Below, piece after piece: positions 25,768-36,826 of a stretch of DNA of 64,000 nt; the stretch's first letter is position 1; each line of letters begins with the position of its first letter. The stretch comes from an uncultured Candidatus Rokubacteria bacterium. Its GTDB lineage: Bacteria; Methylomirabilota; Methylomirabilia; Rokubacteriales; DASRDR01. Both the position numbers and the translations under genes were made by a program. Location of the stretch: NCBI GenBank assembly GCA_963805625.1, contig CAWDVE010000010.1:512001-576000 (forward strand), given 5' to 3'. Below the pieces are notes generated by a model. It was not told the origin of the DNA. It was given only the letters and a program-made list of their open reading frames with translations, and made no database searches.

Positions 25768-26024
25768 TTTTCAACCGCTTAGCTGAGATAAACCTCACGC
25801 ATTCTACCCTATGTGCCCACCTGTGTGCCCGCGGGATGCGAGTCGCGCGTGACCGCAGGCACCGGCGCGGGCATCGCGTGGCCGAGTCCCTCGAGCCGTT
25901 CGACCGCGCCCCGAAGGTGTCGCACCCCATCGCACGGCGATTCCCGTCCGCCACACGCGAACATCATCGACCTCGATGGTGACTCCGTACGGGCCGAGAG
26001 ACGGCGGCAGAATCTCCGTGGTAC

Positions 26025-26345
26025 TCATGGCGTCCCCTGCTGTGTAGGGGGCGCTGGCAAGGCTAGTACGCCGAAGGCCTTGTGACCAACGAGGCGATCA
26101 TTGGCGTGCAGGCGAAACTCGTAGGCCCCTGGGCGCTCGAATCGCAGACCCGGCAGGGTAAAGATGATCTCCGTCGTCTTGCCACGGTCTTCGATCGTCA
26201 TCCGCCCTCGAACTTCCCCGATAGTTACCAGATCCTCCAGATGAACCAGCTGAAGCCGCACGGTGTACTCACCCCGTGCGTCGGTGAGCATCGCGTAGAC
26301 CGCGAGAGAGTGATGCCTGACAGGAAAGCTTGGGGCCAGGGATAC
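26025..26345 (-). pseudogene. DUF6941-like protein, 5' truncated or frameshifted
   Basis: VYAMLTDARGEY...LRFERPGAYEFRLHAND pattern; upstream part out of frame. Confidence 0.5.
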
Positions 26346-26626
26346 TCACGCACACGGAGCGGCAGCGGCCGAAGCAGCACCGAGGGAATCGCGACGGCGT
26401 CCACGTCGTCCAGCACCCTAGCACCCGTCCCCGGGCGTCGTCAGGATGAGGGGCGGCGGTGGCGTCTTTCGCGCAGCGTCGCGCCACCAGTGCGGCGGGC
26501 GGCGGGCTCGGCGGGTCGGCCTGGACGTCGTGGCTCCTCCCTGGGGAGCCCCTGAAGGAACGCGCGGGCAGGCCGGCAGGGAGCCGGCCGTTCGGGTCGC
26601 GAACCCTAGCCCCGCGAGGCTTGCTC

Positions 26627-27016
26627 TTACGTGTCGAAGTCGAGGCCCACGGAGGCGAGCCCGGTCGTCGAGCTGTCGCAGGCCCTCTTGCCGCCATCGG
26701 TCACGCAGAGCGTCACGCGGCTCGGGGCCTCGGTGTCAAGGCGAGCCAGGCCGACTATAAGACACCCCGTCGGAAGCCCGCAGATCGCGTCGTAGCGCAT
26801 GTTCCCCATGACCGGCGTCGTGGCCTTCTGAGAGGTGTTGTTGAGCGTAACCTCCACGGGCAGCCCGCTCGGGGACGACGTCACCTCGACGAACGCCACG
26901 CGATGGTCGTCGTCGGAGCCACCCCCGCCGCAGGCGGCGAAGAGGAGGAGGGATAGGGCCAGAGTGGCGAAACGGAGCGCGCTATTCTTGTACCGTCTCA
27001 TAGCCCGAACCTCCAT
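26627..27016 (-). CDS. Putative lipoprotein
   Basis: Basic N-terminus, hydrophobic helix, lipobox FAAC followed by GGGGSDD. Confidence 0.7.
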   Translation of the reverse strand: MEVRAMRRYKNSALRFATLALSLLLFAACGGGGSDDDHRVAFVEVTSSPSGLPVEVTLNNTSQKATTPVMGNMRYDAICGLPTGCLIVGLARLDTEAPSRVTLCVTDGGKRACDSSTTGLASVGLDFDT

Positions 27017-27278
27017 GCAGCGATGCAGCGGTTCGTTCCGCTTCGACTCAGCCCCGAACCGACAGTCCAGTGCAGTGGCCGCGCGCCATGGCCGCTTCCG
27101 ATCGTCAGCGGCCTACCCTACGTCCCCCGCCATTCACCCTCGCGTCAGGCTTCCCCCGGATGGCGTTGCCATTCCGTTGCCATTTGAGGGGGCGCATCGG
27201 GGCGATTTGGGGGGATTCGGGGGTTTCGAGGTTGAGCCCGAAACCCCCGTCCAACTGCGCAACTTCGCGGAAGATTGT

Positions 27279-27353
27279 TGGAGCGGGAAACGGGATTTGA
27301 ACCCGCGACCCCAACCTTGGCAAGGTTGTGCTCTACCCCTGAGCTATTCCCGC
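27279..27353 (-). tRNA. tRNA-Gly(GCC)
   Basis: GCGGGAA acceptor stem, AACCTTGCCAAGGTT, GTTCAAATC, CCA. Confidence 0.97.
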
Positions 27354-27365
27354 TCGACGTCAGGG

Positions 27366-27394
27366 ATTCTAACAGGGCGCCTCCGGAGGGTCAA
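27366..27394 (-). promoter_or_regulatory. sigma70 promoter of tRNA-Gly
   Basis: TTGACC-17 bp-TAGAAT with extended TGn. Confidence 0.75.
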
Positions 27395-28419
27395 CGCGAG
27401 CGCCCCCCGTCTGCCGTTGCCGCACCCGGCGCCCTGCCCGCTTGGCGCAGGAAGCGCGCCGCATCCTCGGGAGGCGTCGGATTGATGAAGAAGCCGGTGC
27501 CGAGCTCGAAGCCGGCGACACGCGTCAGCTTCGGCATGAGCTCGAGGTGCCAGTGGAAGTGCTCGGGATCCGGCTCCCGGAGCGGCGCCGTGTGGAGCGC
27601 GAAGTTGTACGGGGGGTCTGCGAAGAGCCGGCCGAGGCGGGCGACCAGCTCTCGAAGCAGGCGGGCCAGCGCGTCCACCTCGTCGGGCATGAGGCCCTCG
27701 AAGCTCGCGCGGTGGGCGGTCGGCAGGACGCATGTCTCGTACGGGAAGCGCGAGGCGTAGGGTGCAACGGCCACGAACCCCTCCTCCTCGAGAACGAGCC
27801 GGGTGCCCTCCCGTCGCTCCTGCCGGACGATGTCGCACCACACGCAGCGTTCCTTCATCCGGAAGTAGCGGATGGCGCCCTCGAGCTCCTCCGCCACCAG
27901 CTCCGGCAGGATCGGCGTCGCGATCAGCTGGGAGTGCGGGTGCTCGAGCGACGCGCCGGCCGCCACGCCGTGATTCTTGAAGATCAGGACGTACTCGAGG
28001 CGCGGGTCCTTGCGGAGAGCGAGGAGGCGCTCCCGATACGCCACCAGCACCTCTCCGACGTGCGCCGCCGAGAGCGTCCCGAGACCCGCGAAGTGATCCG
28101 GGCTCTCGATGACCACCTCGTGCGTCCCTACCCCGTCGATCTGGTCGTAGATTCCCTCCCCGGTTGCGTGGACCTCTCCATCCGAGTGGAGGGCCGGGAA
28201 CTTGTTCGGGACCACGCGGACCGTCCAGGCGCCGTCCTCCGACCCGCCGGAGCGGAACACCTCCGGAGGGGTGCGGTCCTCATGGCCGGGACAGAAGGGA
28301 CATTCCTCCGACCCGCGGGGCGCGATGACCTCGGGGGCGAAGTCCGTCGGGCGCCGCGCCCGCTCGGTGGCGATGATCACCCACCGCTCCACCACGGGGT
28401 CCTTCCGGAGCTCAGGCAT
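27391..28419 (-). CDS. galT: Galactose-1-phosphate uridylyltransferase
   Basis: ELRKDP, CPFCPG, VPNKFPAL, GASLEHPHSQ. Confidence 0.95.
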   Translation of the reverse strand: MPELRKDPVVERWVIIATERARRPTDFAPEVIAPRGSEECPFCPGHEDRTPPEVFRSGGSEDGAWTVRVVPNKFPALHSDGEVHATGEGIYDQIDGVGTHEVVIESPDHFAGLGTLSAAHVGEVLVAYRERLLALRKDPRLEYVLIFKNHGVAAGASLEHPHSQLIATPILPELVAEELEGAIRYFRMKERCVWCDIVRQERREGTRLVLEEEGFVAVAPYASRFPYETCVLPTAHRASFEGLMPDEVDALARLLRELVARLGRLFADPPYNFALHTAPLREPDPEHFHWHLELMPKLTRVAGFELGTGFFINPTPPEDAARFLRQAGRAPGAATADGGRSR

Positions 28420-29452
28420 CGTCCCCCACCGCGAGGTCGTACGGCTCCTCTTCGGGACGGGCGGAGCGCGAGAGGAGCGCGAGGAGCGCCTCCCTCGGCG
28501 CCTTTCGTTCGAAGAGCACCGCCGCGACCTCCTCGATCACTGGCGTCACCACGCCGGCACGCCGCGCGAGGGCGAGCCCCGCGTGAGCGGTGCGCACCCC
28601 TTCTGCCACCGAGCGCGTGCTCGCTTGCCACTCGGACAGGGACTGCCCGCGCGCGAGGGCAAGGCCGAGGCGGCGATTTCGCGACAGCTCGCCGGTGCAG
28701 GTCAGGATCAGATCACCGAGGCCCGCGAGCCCGGCGAACGTCCGGGCCCGGGCGCCCAGCGCGACGCCGAGGCGCGTGATCTCCGCGAGCCCCCTGGTCA
28801 GGAGGGCCGCGCGGGCGTTGTATCCGAGTTCGAGGCCGTCCGCGATCCCGGTGGCAATCGCCATGACGTTCTTGAGGGCGCCGCCGAGCTCGACGCCGGT
28901 CACGTCGGCCTGCGTGTAGAGGCGGAAGGTCGGCGTGGCCAGCGCCGTCTGGAGCCCACGTGCGAGCCCGGCGTCGAGTGAGGCGAGCACGGCCGCCGTC
29001 GGCCGCCCCTGGCCGACCTCCTGCGCGAAGGTCGGTCCGGACAGCACGGCCACGCGATTCGAATGCCCGGGCGGCAGCTCCTCGGCCAGGACCTCGGACA
29101 TTCGCGCCAGACGGTCCTCCTCGATCCCCTTCGCGGCGGAGAGGACTCGCGCGTCGGGCGCGAGATGGGGTGCCATCGCCCGGGCGACGCTCCGGAAGAC
29201 GTGGGACGGCACCGCGATCACGACCGTCTCCGCGCTCGCCACGACCGCCGCGAGATCGCCGTGTGGCTCGATCGCCTCCGGCAGCCGCACCCCCGGCAGG
29301 AACCACGGATTCTCGGAGGACCCGCGGACGATCGCGAGGAGCTCGGGCTCGAACACCCAGAGGCGGGGTACGAACCCCGCGCGAACAGCCTGCACCGCGA
29401 GCGCCGTGCCCCAGGCCCCGGCGCCGACGATCGCCAACCCGCCCGCGGTCAC
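28412..29452 (-). CDS. gpsA: NAD(P)H-dependent glycerol-3-phosphate dehydrogenase
   Basis: GAGAWGTALA, KGIE, SGPTFA, GGALKNV, GLGDL..TC...SRN. Confidence 0.95.
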   Translation of the reverse strand: MTAGGLAIVGAGAWGTALAVQAVRAGFVPRLWVFEPELLAIVRGSSENPWFLPGVRLPEAIEPHGDLAAVVASAETVVIAVPSHVFRSVARAMAPHLAPDARVLSAAKGIEEDRLARMSEVLAEELPPGHSNRVAVLSGPTFAQEVGQGRPTAAVLASLDAGLARGLQTALATPTFRLYTQADVTGVELGGALKNVMAIATGIADGLELGYNARAALLTRGLAEITRLGVALGARARTFAGLAGLGDLILTCTGELSRNRRLGLALARGQSLSEWQASTRSVAEGVRTAHAGLALARRAGVVTPVIEEVAAVLFERKAPREALLALLSRSARPEEEPYDLAVGDDA

Positions 29453-30078
29453 CGAGGGCTGCTCGAGGTCGGCGGCGCGCCTGTCGCGGAGACCGGTGCC
29501 TGCTCGCCGAAGCGCGCCTCGCTCCCCGCCAGCAGACGCTGGATGTTCGCGTGGTGCCGCGCGATGACGATGACCGCCACCGCCAGCCCGGCCAGGGCGA
29601 GCGCCGCCGGATAGCCGAGGGCCAGGATCGCCAGTGGGAGCCCGACCACGGCGCAGAGGGAGGCGAGCGACACGAACCGGAACGAGGCGACCAGGCTCGC
29701 GAACACCACCGCCGCCGGGATCAGAGCCCAGGGGGTGACACGGAGGAACGCGCCGAGGGCGGTCGCGACGCCCTTCCCGCCCCGGAACCGGAGGAAGACG
29801 GGCCAGCAATTGCCGACGACGGCGAGGACCGCCGCCGCGCCAGCCCACGCGGGCTCCGCCCCCGCGAGGCTTCCGATCCACGTCGCGATGTACCCCTTGA
29901 CGATGTCACCGAAGAGCGTGGCGAGGGCCGGCATCCAGCCCGCTGTTCTGAGAACGTTAGTCGCCCCGATGTTCCCGCTGCCCCGGCGGCGAATGTCGAC
30001 GCCCTGGATGCGCGCGACCACGTAACCCACTGGGATGGCGCCCACCACGTAGGCGCCGAGAAGCCAGAGGGCGCTCAG
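29449..30078 (-). CDS. plsY: Glycerol-3-phosphate acyltransferase
   Basis: GAIP.G, GSGNIGATN, FRGGKGVAT, HHANIQRL; start uncertain (GTG 30048 or upstream CTG 30078). Confidence 0.92.
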   Translation of the reverse strand: MSALWLLGAYVVGAIPVGYVVARIQGVDIRRRGSGNIGATNVLRTAGWMPALATLFGDIVKGYIATWIGSLAGAEPAWAGAAAVLAVVGNCWPVFLRFRGGKGVATALGAFLRVTPWALIPAAVVFASLVASFRFVSLASLCAVVGLPLAILALGYPAALALAGLAVAVIVIARHHANIQRLLAGSEARFGEQAPVSATGAPPTSSSPR

Positions 30079-30653
30079 CGCCAGCGCTCTTCTCCCCGGA
30101 CTAGGGCGTCGACGTCGGAGGCGCGGTAGAAGCGGACGAAATAGTCGATGCCGGAGAACACTGTCAATGTGAGGGCCGCCCAGAGCATGCCACGCGAGAC
30201 GTATATGAACTCGGAATCGAAACCGCTGGGAACGCTACGCTCGAGGATCAGGAGCGTCACGGCCAGGTACTGGGAGAAGGTCTTATACTTGCCCAGGTCG
30301 GACGCCTCGATGACGAGCCCCTGGGCCGCGGAGACGCTCCGGAGGCCGGTCACCGCGAATTCCCGCCCGATCACGATCACGACCATCCAGGCCTCGACCA
30401 TGCCGATCTGGACGAGGGAGATGAGGGCGGCGGAGACGAGTACCTTGTCCGCAACCGGGTCGAGGAGCTTGCCGAGCGTGGTGACCTGGCCGCGCCGCCT
30501 GGCGATCAGCCCGTCGAGCCAGTCCGTCAGCGCCGCCCCGGCAAACAGCACCGCGGCCACCAGCGCGTGCGTGGACTCGTTCGAGATGAGGAAGGCGACG
30601 ACGAGCGGAACGAGACAGATCCGTCCGACCGTCAGTTGTGTCGGTAGGTTCAC
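30075..30653 (-). CDS. pgsA: CDP-diacylglycerol--glycerol-3-phosphate 3-phosphatidyltransferase
   Basis: TDWLDGLIARR...GKLLDPVADK motif. Confidence 0.95.
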   Translation of the reverse strand: MNLPTQLTVGRICLVPLVVAFLISNESTHALVAAVLFAGAALTDWLDGLIARRRGQVTTLGKLLDPVADKVLVSAALISLVQIGMVEAWMVVIVIGREFAVTGLRSVSAAQGLVIEASDLGKYKTFSQYLAVTLLILERSVPSGFDSEFIYVSRGMLWAALTLTVFSGIDYFVRFYRASDVDALVRGEERWR

Positions 30654-31428
30654 GTCTCGCCTCCGGGCGCACCTCGCGCCGCTTCATTATGGCGGGGCGC
30701 CCCAAGGGGGGTCAAGTTACCGCCGCTCGCCACCAGGGCGCCCTCGCGGAGCACCGGCACCACCCCGTGAACGTCCAGGGCCACGCAGAGAGGGAGGTCG
30801 GAGCCCCGCCCCTGGCCCACCAGGGCCTGTGCCCACGTGGCGTCGGCGAGCATGGCGCCGAGGTCGTCCGCGTAGCGCTCCCAGAGAGCCCGCGCCGCTC
30901 GCGCCGCGTCGGTCTGCCGCCTGCCCGCGGTCGCGAGACGTGAGACGAGAAGCCCGGCGCAGACCGCGTCCTCCAGGCAGAAGCGCCCTCGCTCCCCCGC
31001 GCATACCAGGAGGACGTCCCCGGGCTCCGCCGACGCCCAGCGGGCCACGGCAGCGGCGTTCACGAAGCCGCCCACCGCGATCCGGCGCGCGCCCGCGAGA
31101 GCGAGGAGCGCACGGGTGCCGTTCGTCGTCGTGAACACGACCGTGCGGCCGCGGACGCGATCGGGCGTGTACTCGGCCGGGGAGTTCCCGTGATCGAACC
31201 CCGGCGGGGGCGCCCCGCCCCGCTCACCCCCGACGAGGACGGGTCCCGTGTCCCCTTCCCGGCGGAGCGCCCGAGCCTCGTCCGGCGTGGCGACCGGAAC
31301 GACGGCCAGCGCCCCGCCGGCGAGGGCGGCGACGATCGTCGTGGAGGCTCGCACCACGTCCAGGACGACCGCGGTCACGCCGGCGAGCGGTATCCCGCGC
31401 ACCTCCTCGAGCGTGAGCGCGACGTCGA

Positions 31429-31432
<4 letters not shown>
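30650..31432 (-). CDS. comB: 2-phosphosulfolactate phosphatase family protein
   Basis: [32 protein letters not shown]. Confidence 0.9.
30686..30715 (-). promoter_or_regulatory. sigma70-like promoter upstream of pgsA
   Basis: TTGACC-18 bp-CATAAT. Confidence 0.55.
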
Positions 31433-32649
<1,217 letters not shown>

Positions 32650-32664
32650 CCGTGAGCTCCCGGC

Positions 32665-33576
32665 CTAGCCCTTCCCCAGGAGCCGGAGCAGGACGGCCTT
32701 CTGCACGTGCAGCCGGTTCTCGGACTGGTCTAGGACCACGCTCCGCGGCCCGTCGAGAACGGCGTCGGTGATCTCCTCGCCGCGGTGCGCCGGGAGGCAG
32801 TGCATCACGACCGCCCCGGGCTTCGCGAAGCCGACCACGCGGTCGTTCACCTGGTAGCGCGAGAACGCCTCCAGGCGGCGCTCCCGCTCGGCCTCCTGCC
32901 CCATGCTGATCCAGACGTCGGTGTAGATCGCGTCGGCGCCGCGCGCCGCGTCGGGGACGTCGTCGGTGACGGTCACGCGCCCGCCCCACGCCCGGGCGGT
33001 CTCAAGGACCCGCCGGTCGGGCTCGAACCCCGGGGGCACGGCGACGACCATCTCCGTCCCGAGGAGCCCGGCCAGGAGGATGAGGGAGTGGCACACGTTG
33101 TTGCCGTCGCCGATCCAGGCCAGACGCAGGCGCCGGAGGTCGAGGCCCCGCTCCCACAGCGTGAAGAAGTCGGCCAGCGCCTGGCACGGGTGCTCGAAGT
33201 CCGAGAGGGCGTTCACCACCGGAATCCCTGCGTGCTGCGCAAGCTCGTCGACGGTCGCCTGGGCGAAGGTCCGCGCGGCCACGAGGTCGACCCACCGCCC
33301 GAGGTTCCGGGCCACGTCCGCGATCGATTCGCGCCGCCCGAGCCCGATGTCCTGCCCCGCAAGGTACACGGAGGCGCCCCCGAGCTGGGCCATGCCCACC
33401 TCGAAGGTGACGCGGGTCCGGAGCGACGGCTTCTCGAACACCAGAGCCAGCGAGTAGCCGGCGAGCGGGGTCCTCGCCTCGCGCGCCTTGGTCCGCGCTT
33501 TCCACTCGGCGGCGAGGCGGAACAACTCCTCAACATCCTTCGCGGAGAGGTCCGCGATCGAGAGCAGGCGCGTCAC
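32665..33576 (-). CDS. argF: Ornithine carbamoyltransferase
   Basis: FEKPSLRTR, HPCQ, SMGQE, HCLP. Confidence 0.96.
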   Translation of the reverse strand: MTRLLSIADLSAKDVEELFRLAAEWKARTKAREARTPLAGYSLALVFEKPSLRTRVTFEVGMAQLGGASVYLAGQDIGLGRRESIADVARNLGRWVDLVAARTFAQATVDELAQHAGIPVVNALSDFEHPCQALADFFTLWERGLDLRRLRLAWIGDGNNVCHSLILLAGLLGTEMVVAVPPGFEPDRRVLETARAWGGRVTVTDDVPDAARGADAIYTDVWISMGQEAERERRLEAFSRYQVNDRVVGFAKPGAVVMHCLPAHRGEEITDAVLDGPRSVVLDQSENRLHVQKAVLLRLLGKG

Positions 33577-34775
33577 GGCTTGGTCTGCCGGAGCGCGTCC
33601 CCGACGATCGCGACGGCCCGGTCGGCGTCGTGCGCGTCCACGATGAGCGGGGGCGTCATGCGGAGGATCTTCTCACCCGCCGTCAGCACCAGAAGGCCCC
33701 GGTCGCGGCAGGCGTCCACGACCGGTCCCGCGGGGCGATCGAGGTCCATGCCGATCAGGAGACCCTTGCCCCGGACTTCCCGGATTGCCGGGAGTCCGGC
33801 CGCCAAGGCACGAAGCCGCCCGATGAGATGCGTCCCCACCCGGTCGGCGCGCTCGGGGAGCCGGTCCTCCATCATGGTCGTGAAGGTCGCCACCCCCACT
33901 GTCGTGGCGAAGGGATTGCCACCGAACGTCGTGCCGTGGCTGCCGGCCACCATCACGCGGGCGCAAGCCTCCCGCGCGATCATCGCGCCGATCGGGATCC
34001 CGCTGGCGAGCGCCTTCGCGAGCGTCATGACGTCGGGCTCCACGCCCCAGTGCTGGTACCCCCAGAGACGCCCCGTCCGTCCCATGCCAGTCTGGATTTC
34101 ATCGAACATGAGGAGCGCCCCGGTCTCGTCGCACAGCCGGCGGAGCACGGCGAGGTACCCGTCGGGGGCAACGTTGACGCCACCCTCCCCCTGGATCGGC
34201 TCGACCAGAATGGCCGCGGTCCGATTGTCCATTGCACGCTCGATCGCCTTGACGTCGCCGAAGGGAACGTACTTGAAGCCCGGCACGAGGGGCTCGAAGC
34301 CGTGCTGGTACTTCTCGGTGGGCGTCGCCGACAGGGCGCCGAGCGTCCGGCCGTGGAACGCGCCCCGCATGGTGATGATGTCGACCACGTCGGTGGCGCG
34401 AGTCTCCTTCGCGTACTTCCGCGCGAGCTTGATCGCCGCCTCGTTGGCCTCCGTGCCCGAGTTGCAGAAGAAGGCCCGGTCTCCGAACGAGTGGTCGACC
34501 AGGAGCTTCGCCAGGTGGATCTGGGACGGGATCTGGTAGAGGTTCGACACCTGGAGGAGAGCCGTGGCCTGCTCCCGGATCGCGCCGACGATCTTCGGGT
34601 GCGAGTGCCCGAGCGCGTCCACGGCGATCCCTCCGACGAAGTCGAGATACTCCTTGCCGTCAGTGTCCCAGACCCGCGCTCCCTCGCCGCGCACCAGGCA
34701 GAGCGGCGCCCGCGCGTAGTTCTGGAAGAGGTACTTGTTGCCCCACTCGAGAAGGGTTTTCGTATCCTGGCTCAT
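33573..34775 (-). CDS. argD: Acetylornithine aminotransferase
   Basis: NSGTEANE, FHGRT, EPIQGEGG, DEIQTG, LAK; arg operon context. Confidence 0.94.
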   Translation of the reverse strand: MSQDTKTLLEWGNKYLFQNYARAPLCLVRGEGARVWDTDGKEYLDFVGGIAVDALGHSHPKIVGAIREQATALLQVSNLYQIPSQIHLAKLLVDHSFGDRAFFCNSGTEANEAAIKLARKYAKETRATDVVDIITMRGAFHGRTLGALSATPTEKYQHGFEPLVPGFKYVPFGDVKAIERAMDNRTAAILVEPIQGEGGVNVAPDGYLAVLRRLCDETGALLMFDEIQTGMGRTGRLWGYQHWGVEPDVMTLAKALASGIPIGAMIAREACARVMVAGSHGTTFGGNPFATTVGVATFTTMMEDRLPERADRVGTHLIGRLRALAAGLPAIREVRGKGLLIGMDLDRPAGPVVDACRDRGLLVLTAGEKILRMTPPLIVDAHDADRAVAIVGDALRQTKP

Positions 34776-35246
34776 CGAGGCCTCCGGAAGCGGCATTCGC
34801 CGCGTGGGTTCGAAGGGAGACGCCAGCGGGGCCGCTTGGCCGGTCTAGCGGGCGGCGGCCCGGTCCACGTCGGGAGCCCCGGGATGTCGGCGGCGGGCAA
34901 CGCCCGGCCGCGACCCGGGGCCTGGCCTCATCCGGAGGAAGGTCGGAAGCATGGCGGCGATATTGTACCCCACGCCTGGCGCGACAAGAACCACGTGGTC
35001 AGCCGGCCAGGCTGCGGCAGAGGCGGGACCCCCCGCGAGAGCGACTCGACCCCCACGCCCCACCCATCGATGTCAGGTCGGCTGGCGTACAATGCCCCTG
35101 GGCATCGGCCCTACTGGAGCGATATGCCGTGACGTGTGACGCCGGTCACCTTCCGCTCCCAGAACCACACCTGCACGCCCGAGGGGTCGTAGACGTAGAC
35201 GAACCGCAGCCGAGCGAGGTCTTCGGCCGAGAACTGCTCGAACCGG

Positions 35247-35807
35247 CCGCGGCTGTTCATCTACTTCACGCCCGACAACTATGGCTCCGGGGGGTGCTAC
35301 AACCTCACCTGCAGTGGCTTCGTCCAGGTGAACAACAGCATCTACATCGGCGGGGGCTTCACGAACATCAGCACGCACCCTCACCCCGGCACCGCCTGGG
35401 AGTTCACCGTGCGCTGGCAGCGTCATGGCGACACGGGTGACTGGTGGCTCAAGTACGGCGACACGTGGGTCGGCTATTATCCCTCAGAGCTATTCGACGA
35501 CAACGGGCTCAGGCCTCGGGGCAACAAGGCGTCTTTCTACGGCGAGATCATCGACGAGCAGACGGAGGACCGTCACACCCACACCGACATGGGCAGCGGC
35601 CACTTTCCGGGCGACGGTTTCGGCTACGCCGCCTACCAGCGCCAGATCCGCACCATCACCACGGGCAACGTCTGGAACATCCGGCCCGCGCTGACCGCCG
35701 ACCGAACCGATGCCGACTGCTACGACATCGCGATACAGAGCAGCTCCGACAGCTGGGAGCGCTACTTCTACTTCGGCGGACCGGGCAACAACGCCCACTG
35801 CCGGTGA
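35247..35807 (+). pseudogene. Neprosin (DUF239) glutamic peptidase domain, 5' truncated
   Basis: PRLFIYFT.DNY, GCYNLTCSGFVQ, GDWWL, VGYYP, GEI, TDMGSG, YFYFGGPG; in-frame TAG at 35190 and 35196 upstream. Confidence 0.8.
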
Positions 35808-35927
35808 CAGCCCCCGGCGGGCGCCGTTCGGCCGCGTCGATGTGGCCCGCTCTGGGCTGCCCCCGAAATGGGCCGGATCGCGGGGAAGGAGACCGCTCGG
35901 CGAGCCATGGCTCGCCGAGCCACCCGC

Positions 35928-36794
35928 CTACAGCACGATCTCGGTCCCGATGCCTTCCTTCGTGAAGATCTCCAGCAGGATCGCGTGGGGGATGCGGCCG
36001 TCCAGGATGTGGGCCTTGGCGGTCCCGGCCTCCAGCGCCCGGAGCGAGGACTCGACCTTCGGCAACATGCCGCCGTCGATCACCCCGGCGGCCACGAGGC
36101 GCCGCGCCTCCGCCTGCGACAGGGTCGAGATCAGGTCGCCGCCGGGCCCCTTGATCCCTTCGACGTCAGTCAGGTGGATGAGCTTCTCGGCCTGGAGCGC
36201 GGCGGCGACCTCGCCGGCGACCAGATCCGCGTTGATGTTGTAGCTCTCTCCGCCGTCACCGACGCCGACGGGGGCGATCACCGGGATGAACCCGTGCTCG
36301 TCGAGGAGGCGGATCGGTTCGGGGTTCACGTGCGTCACGTCGCCCACCAGCCCGATGTCGAGCTCCTCTCCCGTCGGCGTGCGGTGCACCCGCCGACGGG
36401 CCCGGATCAGCGTGCCGTCCTTGCCCGAGAGCCCCACCGCCTTGCCGCCGTGGTGGTTGATCAGGCCGACAATCTCCTTGTTGATCCGGCCGACGAGGAC
36501 CATCTCGACGATCTCCATCGTCTCCTCGTCGGTGACGCGCATGCCCCCCACGAACCGCGGCTCCTTGCCGAGGCGCTTCATCATCGCCCCGATCTGGGGC
36601 CCGCCCCCGTGCACGATCACCGGGTTCATGCCGACGTACTTGAGGAGGACTACGTCGCGGGCGAACCCCTCGGCCAGCTGCGGGGACTCCATCGCGTGGC
36701 CCCCGTACTTGATGACGAGGGTCTTCCCCCAGAACGCCCGAATGTAGGGCAAGGCGTCCATGAGGGTGCCAGCCTTTTCGATCAGCCTCTCCAT
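35928..36794 (-). CDS. argB: Acetylglutamate kinase
   Basis: VIKYGG, VHGGGP, NINAD, GGMLPK. Confidence 0.96.
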   Translation of the reverse strand: MERLIEKAGTLMDALPYIRAFWGKTLVIKYGGHAMESPQLAEGFARDVVLLKYVGMNPVIVHGGGPQIGAMMKRLGKEPRFVGGMRVTDEETMEIVEMVLVGRINKEIVGLINHHGGKAVGLSGKDGTLIRARRRVHRTPTGEELDIGLVGDVTHVNPEPIRLLDEHGFIPVIAPVGVGDGGESYNINADLVAGEVAAALQAEKLIHLTDVEGIKGPGGDLISTLSQAEARRLVAAGVIDGGMLPKVESSLRALEAGTAKAHILDGRIPHAILLEIFTKEGIGTEIVL

Positions 36795-36826
36795 GCCGCT
36801 CGTCACGGTCTCTCGGCGACCTCCCA

